64,000 nt of DNA from an uncultured bacterium (GTDB taxonomy: Bacteria; JAGOEH01), in contig CAZWDO010000016.1 of assembly GCA_964632485.1 (NCBI GenBank), positions 1 to 64,000 on the forward strand, in the 5' to 3' direction. Made by a program: the position numbers and the translations under genes. Below the pieces are notes generated by a model, which was not told the origin of the DNA, did no database searches, and was given only the letters and a program-made list of their open reading frames with translations. Shown one piece after another: positions 28,459 to 37,800 of this stretch (the first letter of the stretch is position 1; each line of letters begins with the position of its first letter).

Positions 28459-29231
28459 AAAGCATCGAAATCAAAAACTTCAGCAAGGTATATAAAAAGT
28501 CAATCAAAGCAGTTGATAATTTGAGTTTGAATATCCCGAGAGGGTGCTTTTTCGGATTGTTAGGGTTGAACGGCGCCGGAAAAACTACAACTGTCAACTT
28601 TATTGCCGGGTTAATTCGGAGGAGCTCAGGAGAACTTTATATTCAGGGAGAAGCAATTACCGACTCCAGCTATATGTATAAGGCTAAAATGGGTTTTGTT
28701 TTGGACCGTCCGCTATATATCGAAAAATTTACCGTTAAAGAATATCTAAGTTTCGCTGGTCAGATGTATGGTTTGGATTCCTCTGCCACGGAACGTCGAA
28801 GTGAAGAGTTACTTGAATTTATGGAACTTGGTGAAAAACGCAATGAATTGATTGAAACTTATTCAGCGGGAATGAAAAAGAAAGTCTCACTTAGCGCGGC
28901 TTTGATCCACAATCCAGAGATATTGATTCTTGATGAGCCGTTTGAGGGAATTGATCCCGTATCATCGAAAAAAATACGGGAAGTGCTTTTGGATTTGGTG
29001 AAAAAAGGGAAAACGATTGTGCTAACCTCTCATATTTTGGAAATCGTCGAAAAATTGTGTAATGAAGTAGCTATTATGAACAAAGGAAAATTGATCTTCC
29101 AGGATCGGATTGAAAACATACAAACTTATATCAAGGAAGGAAACGAACAAACATATTATCAAGGATTGGAAGAACTCTTTCATCATCTTGTCGGTCAAAA
29201 TGATCTTCCGTCCACATTGTCATGGATGTGA
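28455..29231 (+). CDS. ABC transporter ATP-binding protein
   Basis: GLNGAGKTT, YSAGMKKK, ILDEPFEGIDP, TSH. Confidence 0.92.
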   Translation: MKSIEIKNFSKVYKKSIKAVDNLSLNIPRGCFFGLLGLNGAGKTTTVNFIAGLIRRSSGELYIQGEAITDSSYMYKAKMGFVLDRPLYIEKFTVKEYLSFAGQMYGLDSSATERRSEELLEFMELGEKRNELIETYSAGMKKKVSLSAALIHNPEILILDEPFEGIDPVSSKKIREVLLDLVKKGKTIVLTSHILEIVEKLCNEVAIMNKGKLIFQDRIENIQTYIKEGNEQTYYQGLEELFHHLVGQNDLPSTLSWM

Positions 29232-29309
29232 ATTTGAAGGATTATATTGTCAGGAATAACCTGTTTTTTTGGCGTAATTAAGTTTTAGCAACACTCCAAG
29301 GAGGATTGT

Positions 29310-29675
29310 GTGAAAAAAACGTTGTTGATCATTGTCCTGGTCGTTATCGTCATAATTCTTGCCCTCGTCGCGATCTGCTATACCCAGAAAGACAAACTGG
29401 TTCAGATAGGTATGGAAAAAGCTATGCAGTCTGTTGAATCAGTGATCGTAAAGAACCTGCCCTCATCTATTGAAGAGGATAGTGCCAAAACCATTGTCCG
29501 CGAATTTTTTGCCAACACACAGGCGCAAAAAATACCTCCTGCGGCACTGCAAGCCGTTATGACTCAGTTTCAAACCAGTTTTGCGGATCAGAAACTGGAT
29601 TCTGCTGAAGTGACCGATATTCTGAGTCGCATGAAAGCGGCCAGTCACCCTAAAGCGGAGGATGCTCAACAATGA
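29310..29675 (+). CDS. small membrane-anchored hypothetical protein
   Basis: AAGGAGG RBS, GTG start, single N-terminal TM, helical body. Confidence 0.7.
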   Translation: MKKTLLIIVLVVIVIILALVAICYTQKDKLVQIGMEKAMQSVESVIVKNLPSSIEEDSAKTIVREFFANTQAQKIPPAALQAVMTQFQTSFADQKLDSAEVTDILSRMKAASHPKAEDAQQ

Positions 29676-30349
29676 ATACGATTAAACTATTAATTGATCC
29701 CCAAAACGTATGTCTCGATATTAAGCAGAACCCTCGCTGGATTCAGGCATTTATCTTAATCAGCGTACTGGGCATTCTATCGGGCGCTCTAACTCTGCCC
29801 TTCAGTATGCAATTGGCGGCGGCTAAAATGGGAGTCATCCCTGCGGGTCAGATGGAACGAGTTAAGGATATGAGCCAAATGTTCGGATATGTCGGTTTGG
29901 TTTTTGTTCCGATCGCTCTATTGATTAAATGGGCTGTCATGGGATTTTTTCTGTATTTGCTGGGTATTCTTTTTCGGAGTGAAATGAAATTTAAATCTCT
30001 TTTTTCATTGCTTGCCCATGCCAATATCATCCTGATCGTTTCATCCCTGGTTAATATTCTGATTTTATTCATCAAAGGGCCTGAATCGATTCAGCATCCC
30101 CTGGATTTAAATGTGATCGGATTGCATATTCTTTTTGATTTCGAAAGCATGAATCATTCGCTATATTATTTTTTCTCTTTGATCAATGTTTTCGAAATCT
30201 GGTATTTGGTTGTTCTGTTCATGGGTCTGGAATTGATATTTGATTTGGATCGGGCAAAATCAGCGGCAATCATTGGCGTGTATTGGCTAATTTCCATCTC
30301 AGCCATGACGGGCTTCGCTTCTTTCTCGGAAAAATTTCAACAATTTTAA
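29672..30349 (+). CDS. Yip1-domain membrane protein (YknW/As-48E-like)
   Basis: 'LIDPQ...IKQNPRW' start, about 5 TMs, 'NVFEIWY..L..GL' Yip1 motif. Confidence 0.8.
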   Translation: MNTIKLLIDPQNVCLDIKQNPRWIQAFILISVLGILSGALTLPFSMQLAAAKMGVIPAGQMERVKDMSQMFGYVGLVFVPIALLIKWAVMGFFLYLLGILFRSEMKFKSLFSLLAHANIILIVSSLVNILILFIKGPESIQHPLDLNVIGLHILFDFESMNHSLYYFFSLINVFEIWYLVVLFMGLELIFDLDRAKSAAIIGVYWLISISAMTGFASFSEKFQQF

Positions 30350-30366
30350 CGGTATGTAATAACAGG

Positions 30367-31551
30367 ATGATAAAACGTATACTTATTGCCATTTCGGTTT
30401 TAATAGGAATTGGATTGATTATTATTGGTAATTTGCGTCAACGAAAACATTATTTGACGGTGGATGTGGAACCGGTTGAAAAAGGCAGAATCACCCGTAC
30501 CGTGGCTGTTTATGGTAAAATATTGCCGCGGACAATGGCTAAAATTTCTTCCGATCTCAATGGCAGAATCGAAGATATCACCGTAAAAGAAGGGGATACG
30601 GTAAAAAAAGGCGAACTTTTGGCTCAAATCAACAAGGAATGGCATATCGCCTCACTGGATAAAGCCCAATCCAATTTGAAATCCGCAGAGCTGGAGCTGG
30701 AAATTGCTCAACTACAAAAAGAACAATCGGAACGAACTGTTAAACGCTTGCATGAATTGGTATCCAACCAGTTTGAAGCGAAACTCAAACTGGAGGATGC
30801 GGCCAGCGACTATGAAATTAAGCAGATTCAGCATCGCTCGGCCATTGAGCGTAATAACCAGGCGCGGGCCGCGTTGCGCCAGGCCCGTAACGATCTGCTT
30901 AAAACTGAGATTTTCGCTCCCTTCAATGGTACTGTGATTCAAATTAATAAGGAAATCGGAGAAATGACTACTGGCTCTCAGTTTCAGGAAGATGTGATTA
31001 TGATTCTGGCTGATACTGATACCATGGAATTAATCGCTAAAATCGATGAAAATGATGTAGTTCTGACTCATGTGGGAGACACGGCCAAAATTTTTCTGGA
31101 CGCGTTTCCCGATTCCATTTATTGGGGCTTTGTTGACCATATTCGCAATTTTTCTTCTTCTCCCCGACTGGGAGTAAATGAAGGATCCTCTGATTTTGAA
31201 GCGAAAATCGTACTCACCACCAAACCTGCTGATATCCGGCCGAATATGACTGCCTATGCCGAAATTTTAGCAGAAACGCATGGCCATGCCATTGTTATTC
31301 CGATTCAATGTGTGACCACACGTGAAGGTACGGAGAAGAAGAAGGAATCAGTGGTTTTCGTTGCAATTGGTGATTCGGCTGTCCAAAAACCAGTTAAAAT
31401 GGGACTAAATAGCGATACTCATTATGAAATTCTTCAGGGACTTGATGTTGGCGAACATGTGATCACTGGCGATTATGAGGCCATCCATACAAGGTTGAAA
31501 CAGGGCATGTTGATCAAGGTGAAGCCAACCGAAATGGAGAAAACGCTATGA
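30367..31551 (+). CDS. efflux RND/ABC periplasmic adaptor (membrane fusion protein, MacA/YknX-like)
   Basis: N-terminal TM; GRIEDITVKEGDTVKKGELL and IFAPFNGTV lipoyl halves, coiled coil, IRPNMTA. Confidence 0.9.
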   Translation: MIKRILIAISVLIGIGLIIIGNLRQRKHYLTVDVEPVEKGRITRTVAVYGKILPRTMAKISSDLNGRIEDITVKEGDTVKKGELLAQINKEWHIASLDKAQSNLKSAELELEIAQLQKEQSERTVKRLHELVSNQFEAKLKLEDAASDYEIKQIQHRSAIERNNQARAALRQARNDLLKTEIFAPFNGTVIQINKEIGEMTTGSQFQEDVIMILADTDTMELIAKIDENDVVLTHVGDTAKIFLDAFPDSIYWGFVDHIRNFSSSPRLGVNEGSSDFEAKIVLTTKPADIRPNMTAYAEILAETHGHAIVIPIQCVTTREGTEKKKESVVFVAIGDSAVQKPVKMGLNSDTHYEILQGLDVGEHVITGDYEAIHTRLKQGMLIKVKPTEMEKTL

Positions 31552-32237
31552 GTTTGATCAGTATGCGCAATATTTCTCGCACGTTTCAGATGAAAACCGT
31601 TAGTATCGACGCATTACGGAATATCTCGCTAAACGTCGGAAAAGGCGAGTATGTCAGTATTATGGGTCCGTCCGGTTCGGGGAAATCGACGTTGATGAAT
31701 CTGCTGGGGTGTCTTGATCGGCCCTCTTCCGGCGAGTATTTTCTTGGAGAACGCAACGTCCATCAATTTAATAAACTTGAATTAGCCCGCATACGCAACC
31801 GGGAGATCGGTTTTATCTTTCAAACCTTTCAATTGCTTCCCCGGGCAAATGCGAGGCAAAATGTTGAGCTTCCTCTGATCTATGCCGGAATTTCGGCCCG
31901 GGAGCGGAGAGATCGGGTTTCCCGCGCCCTGGTACGGGTGGGCTTAAGCGATCGGATGTTGCATAAACCAGGAGAACTCTCCGGGGGACAATGCCAGCGG
32001 GTGGCAATCGCCCGCGCGATTGTTAATCAACCCTCAATCATTTTGGCCGATGAACCGACCGGTAATCTAGATTCTGCCACCGGCAGGGAGATTTTGGATA
32101 TTTTCCGTGAGTTGCACCATGAGGGTCATACTATCATTATGATTACCCACGATGAAACCGTGGCCGATGAAACGATCCACCGGATTAAAATTAAAGATGG
32201 AAGAATTGTCGAAGATACTCATGAGACTTCTGCCTGA
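31548..32237 (+). CDS. MacB/LolD-type ABC ATP-binding protein (YknY-like)
   Basis: GPSGSGKST, IGFIFQTFQLL, LSGGQCQRVAIARA, LADEPTGNLD. Confidence 0.93.
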   Translation: MSLISMRNISRTFQMKTVSIDALRNISLNVGKGEYVSIMGPSGSGKSTLMNLLGCLDRPSSGEYFLGERNVHQFNKLELARIRNREIGFIFQTFQLLPRANARQNVELPLIYAGISARERRDRVSRALVRVGLSDRMLHKPGELSGGQCQRVAIARAIVNQPSIILADEPTGNLDSATGREILDIFRELHHEGHTIIMITHDETVADETIHRIKIKDGRIVEDTHETSA

Positions 32238-33435
32238 ATACGTTATAATTGCTATCCATGCTTTTATGGAATATAAAACTCAGTTTTTATTGTCTATGAT
32301 CGGTATTATTATTGGTATCTTTACAATCAGTACGATGGTTGCTATCATCAATGGACTCAATCGGGCATTCGATCAACAGATTTCTTCCCTTGGCGCTCAA
32401 TCGTTATATGTCTCCAAATTTCCATGGTTGATGACAGAAGAACCCTGGGCCTATCAAAAGCGAAAAAATATCACCTGGCGACAGTTTCAACAACTCAAAA
32501 ATAGATTATTGGGAACGTTTATTCTCATACCGCAATTGACTGTGAATTTGCCACTAACCAGGGGACGTGAAAAAATGAAATCGGTTCGGGTGATCGCGAC
32601 GGATGAGAATTATTTTCAGGGTTCCTCGTCCGGGAAAATCCGGCAGGGACGTTCGATCATTAAGACGGACCGCGAAACTAATAAAGCCGTAACCGTGATC
32701 GGAACGGAAATCGCGGATAAATTGTTTCCTTCCTGTAATCCCCTCGGAGAAAGAATCTCAGTGGACGGTCGTGTTTATAAAATAATTGGGATTATGGAAA
32801 AACAGGGGACATTTTTTGGTCAAAACAATGATCAGGCAATTGTAGTTCCCATTACTACTGTGTTAAAACAGGTTGGCCCCCATCAATCTCTGGATATTCA
32901 AGTAACATATCCGGCAAATTGTCCATTCGAGCAAGCCGAACGTGAAATTACCACGATGATGCGTCGGGTTCGTGGGCTAAAACCTAACGTGCGGGAAGAT
33001 TTTGCCATTAATCGGCAAGATATGCTTAAACATGCCTATCAATCGCTAACCGGTTCGATATATGCCGCGGGAATCCTGATCGCTTTGATTTCCATCATGG
33101 TTGGCGGCATTAATATTATGAATACTATTCTGATGTCCGTGAAACAACGAACCCGGGAAATCGGTATCCGTAAAGCTTTCGGTGCTACGGAAGGCGGAAT
33201 CATTTTGCAATTTGTGATCGAATCCGTTTTAATTTGTATCTGCGGGGGAGTGATCGGTATTGGAGCTTCTCGTTGTTTCGAGTATTGGCTTGAAAGTCAG
33301 TTGCCGGTTCAATTCACAGTATTCAACCTATTGCTAAGTGTAGGATGTTCGGCGCTTGTTGGTTTATTTTTTGGTATTTTCCCTGCATTCCAGGCAGCCA
33401 AATGCGATCCGGTCGAATCCCTGCGCTATGAATAA
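32221..33435 (+). CDS. MacB/FtsX-type ABC permease (YknZ-like)
   Basis: LSMIGIIIGI, VGGINIMN..LMSV.QRTREIGIRKAFGA, GIFPA..AA..DPVESLRYE. Confidence 0.92.
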   Translation: MRLLPEYVIIAIHAFMEYKTQFLLSMIGIIIGIFTISTMVAIINGLNRAFDQQISSLGAQSLYVSKFPWLMTEEPWAYQKRKNITWRQFQQLKNRLLGTFILIPQLTVNLPLTRGREKMKSVRVIATDENYFQGSSSGKIRQGRSIIKTDRETNKAVTVIGTEIADKLFPSCNPLGERISVDGRVYKIIGIMEKQGTFFGQNNDQAIVVPITTVLKQVGPHQSLDIQVTYPANCPFEQAEREITTMMRRVRGLKPNVREDFAINRQDMLKHAYQSLTGSIYAAGILIALISIMVGGINIMNTILMSVKQRTREIGIRKAFGATEGGIILQFVIESVLICICGGVIGIGASRCFEYWLESQLPVQFTVFNLLLSVGCSALVGLFFGIFPAFQAAKCDPVESLRYE

Positions 33436-33450
33436 TCGGAGAATCGATAG

Positions 33451-34665
33451 ATGTTGATTGAGATGATCTATATCGCCTTTCAAAATATTATGGCTCATAA
33501 ACTGCGATCATTCTTGACTCTCTTGGGGATTATCATTGGCATTTCGACTATTATTTCCATCCGAATCGTGATGGGCAGCATCGAATACATCATGAAAGAC
33601 AGTTTTAAATTATTTGGAGCCAATATGTTTCAGATATTTAATCAGAGCATTGTTCATGCCGGACATGAGGAAGAACTCAAACGGCCGAATATTACCTGGC
33701 GGGAAGGACAGCAATTAAACAATAGAATTGATAATGCCGATTATGTCAGTACTGAATTAACCCGCGGCCAAATTTCCGTCATTTATAAAAGCAAATCCAC
33801 ACCACCGAACGTAATGGTCTTGGGTGGAACCCCGGAGTCAGCTCCCAACAATCATTACACAATTCAAACCGGCCGATTTATCAATGAACATGATATCCGC
33901 TTCAATCTTAATCATGCTGTTATCGGCCGAAGGGTCAGCGACCTGCTGTTTGATGAGGGTAACGGTTTAGGCGAATCCATTCGCATCGGACGGGTTCGCT
34001 TTAAGGTCATCGGTATTTTGAGTTCGATGGGCAATAGTCTAGGCATCAATCTGGATAATCTGGTGGTAATTCCAATTTCTACTTATATTCAAACCTTTGG
34101 TAAAAATGAATCGGCAGTGATCAAGGTTCAGGTATCAGAAGAATATGCGACGGCATCTGTGATTGACAAAGCGCGGCTATTGTTGCGCATACTCCGTTGC
34201 CTGCGCCCCGCTCAAGACGATAATTTTGAAATATTTTCCAGTGATTTTATTCAAAAATTACTGGATAATTTGATCAGAAAAATGAATATAGCCGCAATCG
34301 GTATCAGTTCAATTGCCTTTTTGATTGCGGGGATCGGTATTATGAATGTCATGTTTATTTCCATTCTGGAACGCAGAAATGAAATCGGCATCCGCAACGC
34401 TTTCGGAGCAAGTATGATGCATATTTTATTGCAATTTTCCGCTGAAGCGGTAATATTAACGCAATTGGGAGCTGTTGTTGGTATTTTTATCGGCATTGTG
34501 TTTGGAGTGTTTGTCCAGATCATGATTTTTCGCATTCCGTTAACTCTGCCTTACCTGTGGATCGGCTTTAGTCTGGGGGTCTGCACTATTTTGGGATTGC
34601 TGTTCGGATTATGGCCTGCGCTGAGGGCCGCTCGGCTTGATCCTATAGAAGCTCTGAGGAAATAG
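33451..34665 (+). CDS. MacB/FtsX-type ABC permease (second paralogue)
   Basis: KLRSFLTLLGIIIGI, GIGIMNVM..SILERRNEIGIR, WPALRAARLDPIEALR. Confidence 0.92.
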   Translation: MLIEMIYIAFQNIMAHKLRSFLTLLGIIIGISTIISIRIVMGSIEYIMKDSFKLFGANMFQIFNQSIVHAGHEEELKRPNITWREGQQLNNRIDNADYVSTELTRGQISVIYKSKSTPPNVMVLGGTPESAPNNHYTIQTGRFINEHDIRFNLNHAVIGRRVSDLLFDEGNGLGESIRIGRVRFKVIGILSSMGNSLGINLDNLVVIPISTYIQTFGKNESAVIKVQVSEEYATASVIDKARLLLRILRCLRPAQDDNFEIFSSDFIQKLLDNLIRKMNIAAIGISSIAFLIAGIGIMNVMFISILERRNEIGIRNAFGASMMHILLQFSAEAVILTQLGAVVGIFIGIVFGVFVQIMIFRIPLTLPYLWIGFSLGVCTILGLLFGLWPALRAARLDPIEALRK

Positions 34666-34670
34666 TGATA

Positions 34671-37034
34671 ATGACTGCTAACCGCTCCCGGATCGATTTC
34701 TGGCAAGCTTTTTTAATTATTTTCACTTTATTGGCCGGTATTTTTATTTTGCCGGAAACATTACCTTTTTTATTCGGGGTTAATTTTTATTTGATGGCGC
34801 AACAAATCCGCCGGGAGCATCTCTCTTTATTTTCCAATAGTTTCTATTGGCTATTCATATTGTTGATTGCTTTGGCAATGACCAATCTGCGCTCCAGCAT
34901 TTATTTCAATAATAGTGTCGAGTTCATTCAGAAATTGTTCTATTTGTTATTGTATATCAACTTGATTCGATTAGTATCTCTTTCAGATGATGCTAAACGA
35001 ATGATCGCTTATATTGTCACTATCTTGGGTGTTCTTTTGGCTCTCTTTACAATTGCTGTTTTAGCAATATTCTATATGATGATTTGGATGCAAGGCTTTG
35101 TTCGGGTTCTTGATTTCCGTTTTATGATCAATCCGTTTGGGATTCCTCTAAATGAATGGACCACGCAATTCATCCTTTTTTTTCCGTTTTCAGCAATCGC
35201 AATCTATCGGTGCCGAGAAGATAAATCGTTCCGATTTTGTTTTTTTTGTGGTGGGATTTTGCTAATCCTTCCCATGGTTTTATCTTTTTCCCGGGGAATC
35301 TATCTTGCGTTGGGCTTTATGATGATTGCCATTTCACTATTCGTCATTAAATTCAAATTAATTCCATGGAAAAAAGTAGCTTTGACCGCCCTGGTGTTTT
35401 CAGTGATTTCAATTGCCGCCATTTTACCGGCACGGTTATCTTTTGTATCCACTTTGCATGGCAATAAGACCATTTCTCAGCAGCGCAGCAGAGAGGGCAG
35501 GATAAAATTATGGAAAAAAGCATTGACTATTCCCGGAGAGCGCTTGCTGACCGGTGTGGGCGCCTATAATTTCAGTATGAGATATGTTTCAGAGAAAGAC
35601 CGAACGGAAGATACAGCGTTTACCAGTCAATCGGCAAACTTATTCGTGTTGGTATTTGTTGAACATGGGGTTGCGGGTTTGCTGATTTTTATTGCTTTGT
35701 TCGCTTTGGGAATAATGGGATTTATATCCCGCCTAAAGCGTCCTAAAGTTGAAAAAATTGAACTGATTTTTTTCTCTTGCTCCATAGCCGCTCTAATATT
35801 ACGGGAAATGACTTTTTCTTCCCTTATGAATAATAATCTGATGATTTTGCTGTGTGGGTTAATAATCGGTTTATTATCCTATCCAATTCAAGGTTATTTA
35901 CAAATAAAAAAATTGGATTATCTGATTTTGATCTTGTTGTCCCTTGCATTTGGATTTATCTATTGGCATACTTTTAAAATAGAGAAAGCAAAAAAACATC
36001 ATTGTGATTGTATAGCGAGTTATCATGCCGGCCAATGGGCGGAAGCGCAAAAAAGCTTGCGAAAAGCAATCGAATGGAATCCGCAGCAGGCGCTTTATTA
36101 TAGTGATATGGCGCTGATGAGTTATCAGTTACTGGACACTTGCCCATACTTTGACAAGTCGGCGTTATTTATTGACAGGGGAGATATGGATTGTTACCGT
36201 TATCTGGATATCATCCAATTTTATCAATCGGCATTGCAATTCAATCCTGCGGACGATGGATATCATTTCAATCTGGGTTGGATTTATTGGTTGATGGGAG
36301 ATGACGAACAGGCGCTGATTCATTTCAATGAAGCAATCCGGATTGAACCAAATTTTGCGATTTACCATATCGGACTGGGGCTTCTCCATGAAAAACTGAA
36401 GCATCCCATATCGGCTGTTAGCGAATATCTGAACGCTATCCGCCTATCACCGGATATATTAGATTCCCCTTTTTATCAGGGATTGAGTGCTTCGTATCGA
36501 ATTTCCATCGAGAATTCAATCGGAAACTTGATTGCCGAATTGGAACAGAAAGGCGATAGTCCGATCTATCATGGGCGGCTGGCTAAATTATATCTATATC
36601 AAGGACGGTTGAATGAAGCTGAATCGCTATTAGTACGGCTTACGACCCAAGTTCCCAATCTTTCCCGTCCATGGCTTTGGTTGGGGATAGTCCATCGACA
36701 AAGGCGCCAGTTTGGAGCAATGATCCGTTGTTGTCAAAAATCGGCCTTTGTCAATTCCCATGATTATTTACCGTGTTGGGTGATGGGCCAGTACTATGCA
36801 TCGGTCGATGACGAGCAGGATGCTGATTATTGTTTTCTCCAGGTCAGGAAAAAAATTAAGGAACAGTATTCTGAACATTATTTTCGAGCTCAATATATCT
36901 ATCGTATGGCTGGGATTAAAAAAGACTGGATTCCAAATGGATTGTATGAATACATCAGTCCGATGATGGCAGATGTAACTCAGAAATATCCCGATGAGAT
37001 GAAGGATAATTCTCTGGGAGAAATGATTCAATGA
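34671..37034 (+). CDS. O-antigen ligase (Wzy_C)-family membrane protein with C-terminal TPR repeats
   Basis: about 12 TMs; LSFSRG, R..LW......LTGVG..NF, SAN.F..V.VE.G..G; several TPR units (e.g. YHFNLGWIYWLMGD.EQA..HFNEAIRIEP). Confidence 0.8.
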   Translation: MTANRSRIDFWQAFLIIFTLLAGIFILPETLPFLFGVNFYLMAQQIRREHLSLFSNSFYWLFILLIALAMTNLRSSIYFNNSVEFIQKLFYLLLYINLIRLVSLSDDAKRMIAYIVTILGVLLALFTIAVLAIFYMMIWMQGFVRVLDFRFMINPFGIPLNEWTTQFILFFPFSAIAIYRCREDKSFRFCFFCGGILLILPMVLSFSRGIYLALGFMMIAISLFVIKFKLIPWKKVALTALVFSVISIAAILPARLSFVSTLHGNKTISQQRSREGRIKLWKKALTIPGERLLTGVGAYNFSMRYVSEKDRTEDTAFTSQSANLFVLVFVEHGVAGLLIFIALFALGIMGFISRLKRPKVEKIELIFFSCSIAALILREMTFSSLMNNNLMILLCGLIIGLLSYPIQGYLQIKKLDYLILILLSLAFGFIYWHTFKIEKAKKHHCDCIASYHAGQWAEAQKSLRKAIEWNPQQALYYSDMALMSYQLLDTCPYFDKSALFIDRGDMDCYRYLDIIQFYQSALQFNPADDGYHFNLGWIYWLMGDDEQALIHFNEAIRIEPNFAIYHIGLGLLHEKLKHPISAVSEYLNAIRLSPDILDSPFYQGLSASYRISIENSIGNLIAELEQKGDSPIYHGRLAKLYLYQGRLNEAESLLVRLTTQVPNLSRPWLWLGIVHRQRRQFGAMIRCCQKSAFVNSHDYLPCWVMGQYYASVDDEQDADYCFLQVRKKIKEQYSEHYFRAQYIYRMAGIKKDWIPNGLYEYISPMMADVTQKYPDEMKDNSLGEMIQ

Positions 37035-37588
37035 GATTGAATAATAGGTTGACTAGTAAGCATTCTCTTGTTAACGTTTGTTTAGTTATAATAGTATTTT
37101 TCCAATTTTCGATACTTTGTAAACAAAATCGGCGAATCAATGCGCTAACTTCAATGATTACACAGCATGAAAAAGAATTTATAGGAGATGGGTATTCATC
37201 CCGAAATCTGAGGCTTTTAGAGAGTCGCATGTTAAATCCAGAAACAAAAATGAATCTGATTTATTTTTTGATCAATGACGACAATTCCAGTACCTATCAA
37301 ACAGAACTTCACTTTTTAGAAGAGAGATACAAATGCGCCCCATCCGTGTTGCGGGTAGTCAGTTTCAGACTACAACCAGCTCTTGACAGTTTGGGGATTT
37401 TGTATGATTTGATTTCGCCCAGACGAATTTTATTTAATGAATCTATCATGACATTTTCTTCTCTGGCTATGTTGGCTGATCTTGATGGGAATATCCATAC
37501 TGTTTATTATTTGAACCCGTATCAAGTGGTGGATGCTATGGTGAAAATCGAACGGATCAAATCGCTGATGGAATCCTTGGAACCATGA
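37031..37588 (+). CDS. membrane-anchored hypothetical protein (possibly degenerate thioredoxin-like fold)
   Basis: N-terminal TM; 'MLADLDGNIHTVY' strand motif; ATGA overlap with the upstream gene. Confidence 0.6.
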   Translation: MRLNNRLTSKHSLVNVCLVIIVFFQFSILCKQNRRINALTSMITQHEKEFIGDGYSSRNLRLLESRMLNPETKMNLIYFLINDDNSSTYQTELHFLEERYKCAPSVLRVVSFRLQPALDSLGILYDLISPRRILFNESIMTFSSLAMLADLDGNIHTVYYLNPYQVVDAMVKIERIKSLMESLEP

Positions 37589-37683
37589 AACAGTTCAGTC
37601 TATTCGTAGAATTGCCTGGCTTGATATTGTTTATTTTGATTGTACTCATGCTGTTGTTCATCATTCAGACAACTGACCGCTAA
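37585..37683 (+). CDS. putative 32-aa single-TM small protein (MKQFSLFVELPGLILFILIVLMLLFIIQTTDR)
   Basis: ATGA overlap with the preceding stop; strongly hydrophobic helix; below the ORF track cut-off. Confidence 0.45.
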   Translation: MKQFSLFVELPGLILFILIVLMLLFIIQTTDR

Positions 37684-37800
37684 ACTGTCATTAATTGCCT
37701 GAACTGCTATAAATGCAGGGAACTGTTGTTTCAATATCCGTGTCTGTAAAAAATAGCAGAAATTGATAGAAATAGTGTGGATTAGTGGGAAGATATGGAA

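Noticed and set aside
26629-34665. Canonical circular bacteriocin (AS-48-like) cluster
   Set aside because: The Yip1/ABC module fits, but I recognise no SpoIIM/DUF95 protein. The core is non-cationic and has a GG leader plus C39, which is atypical for that class.
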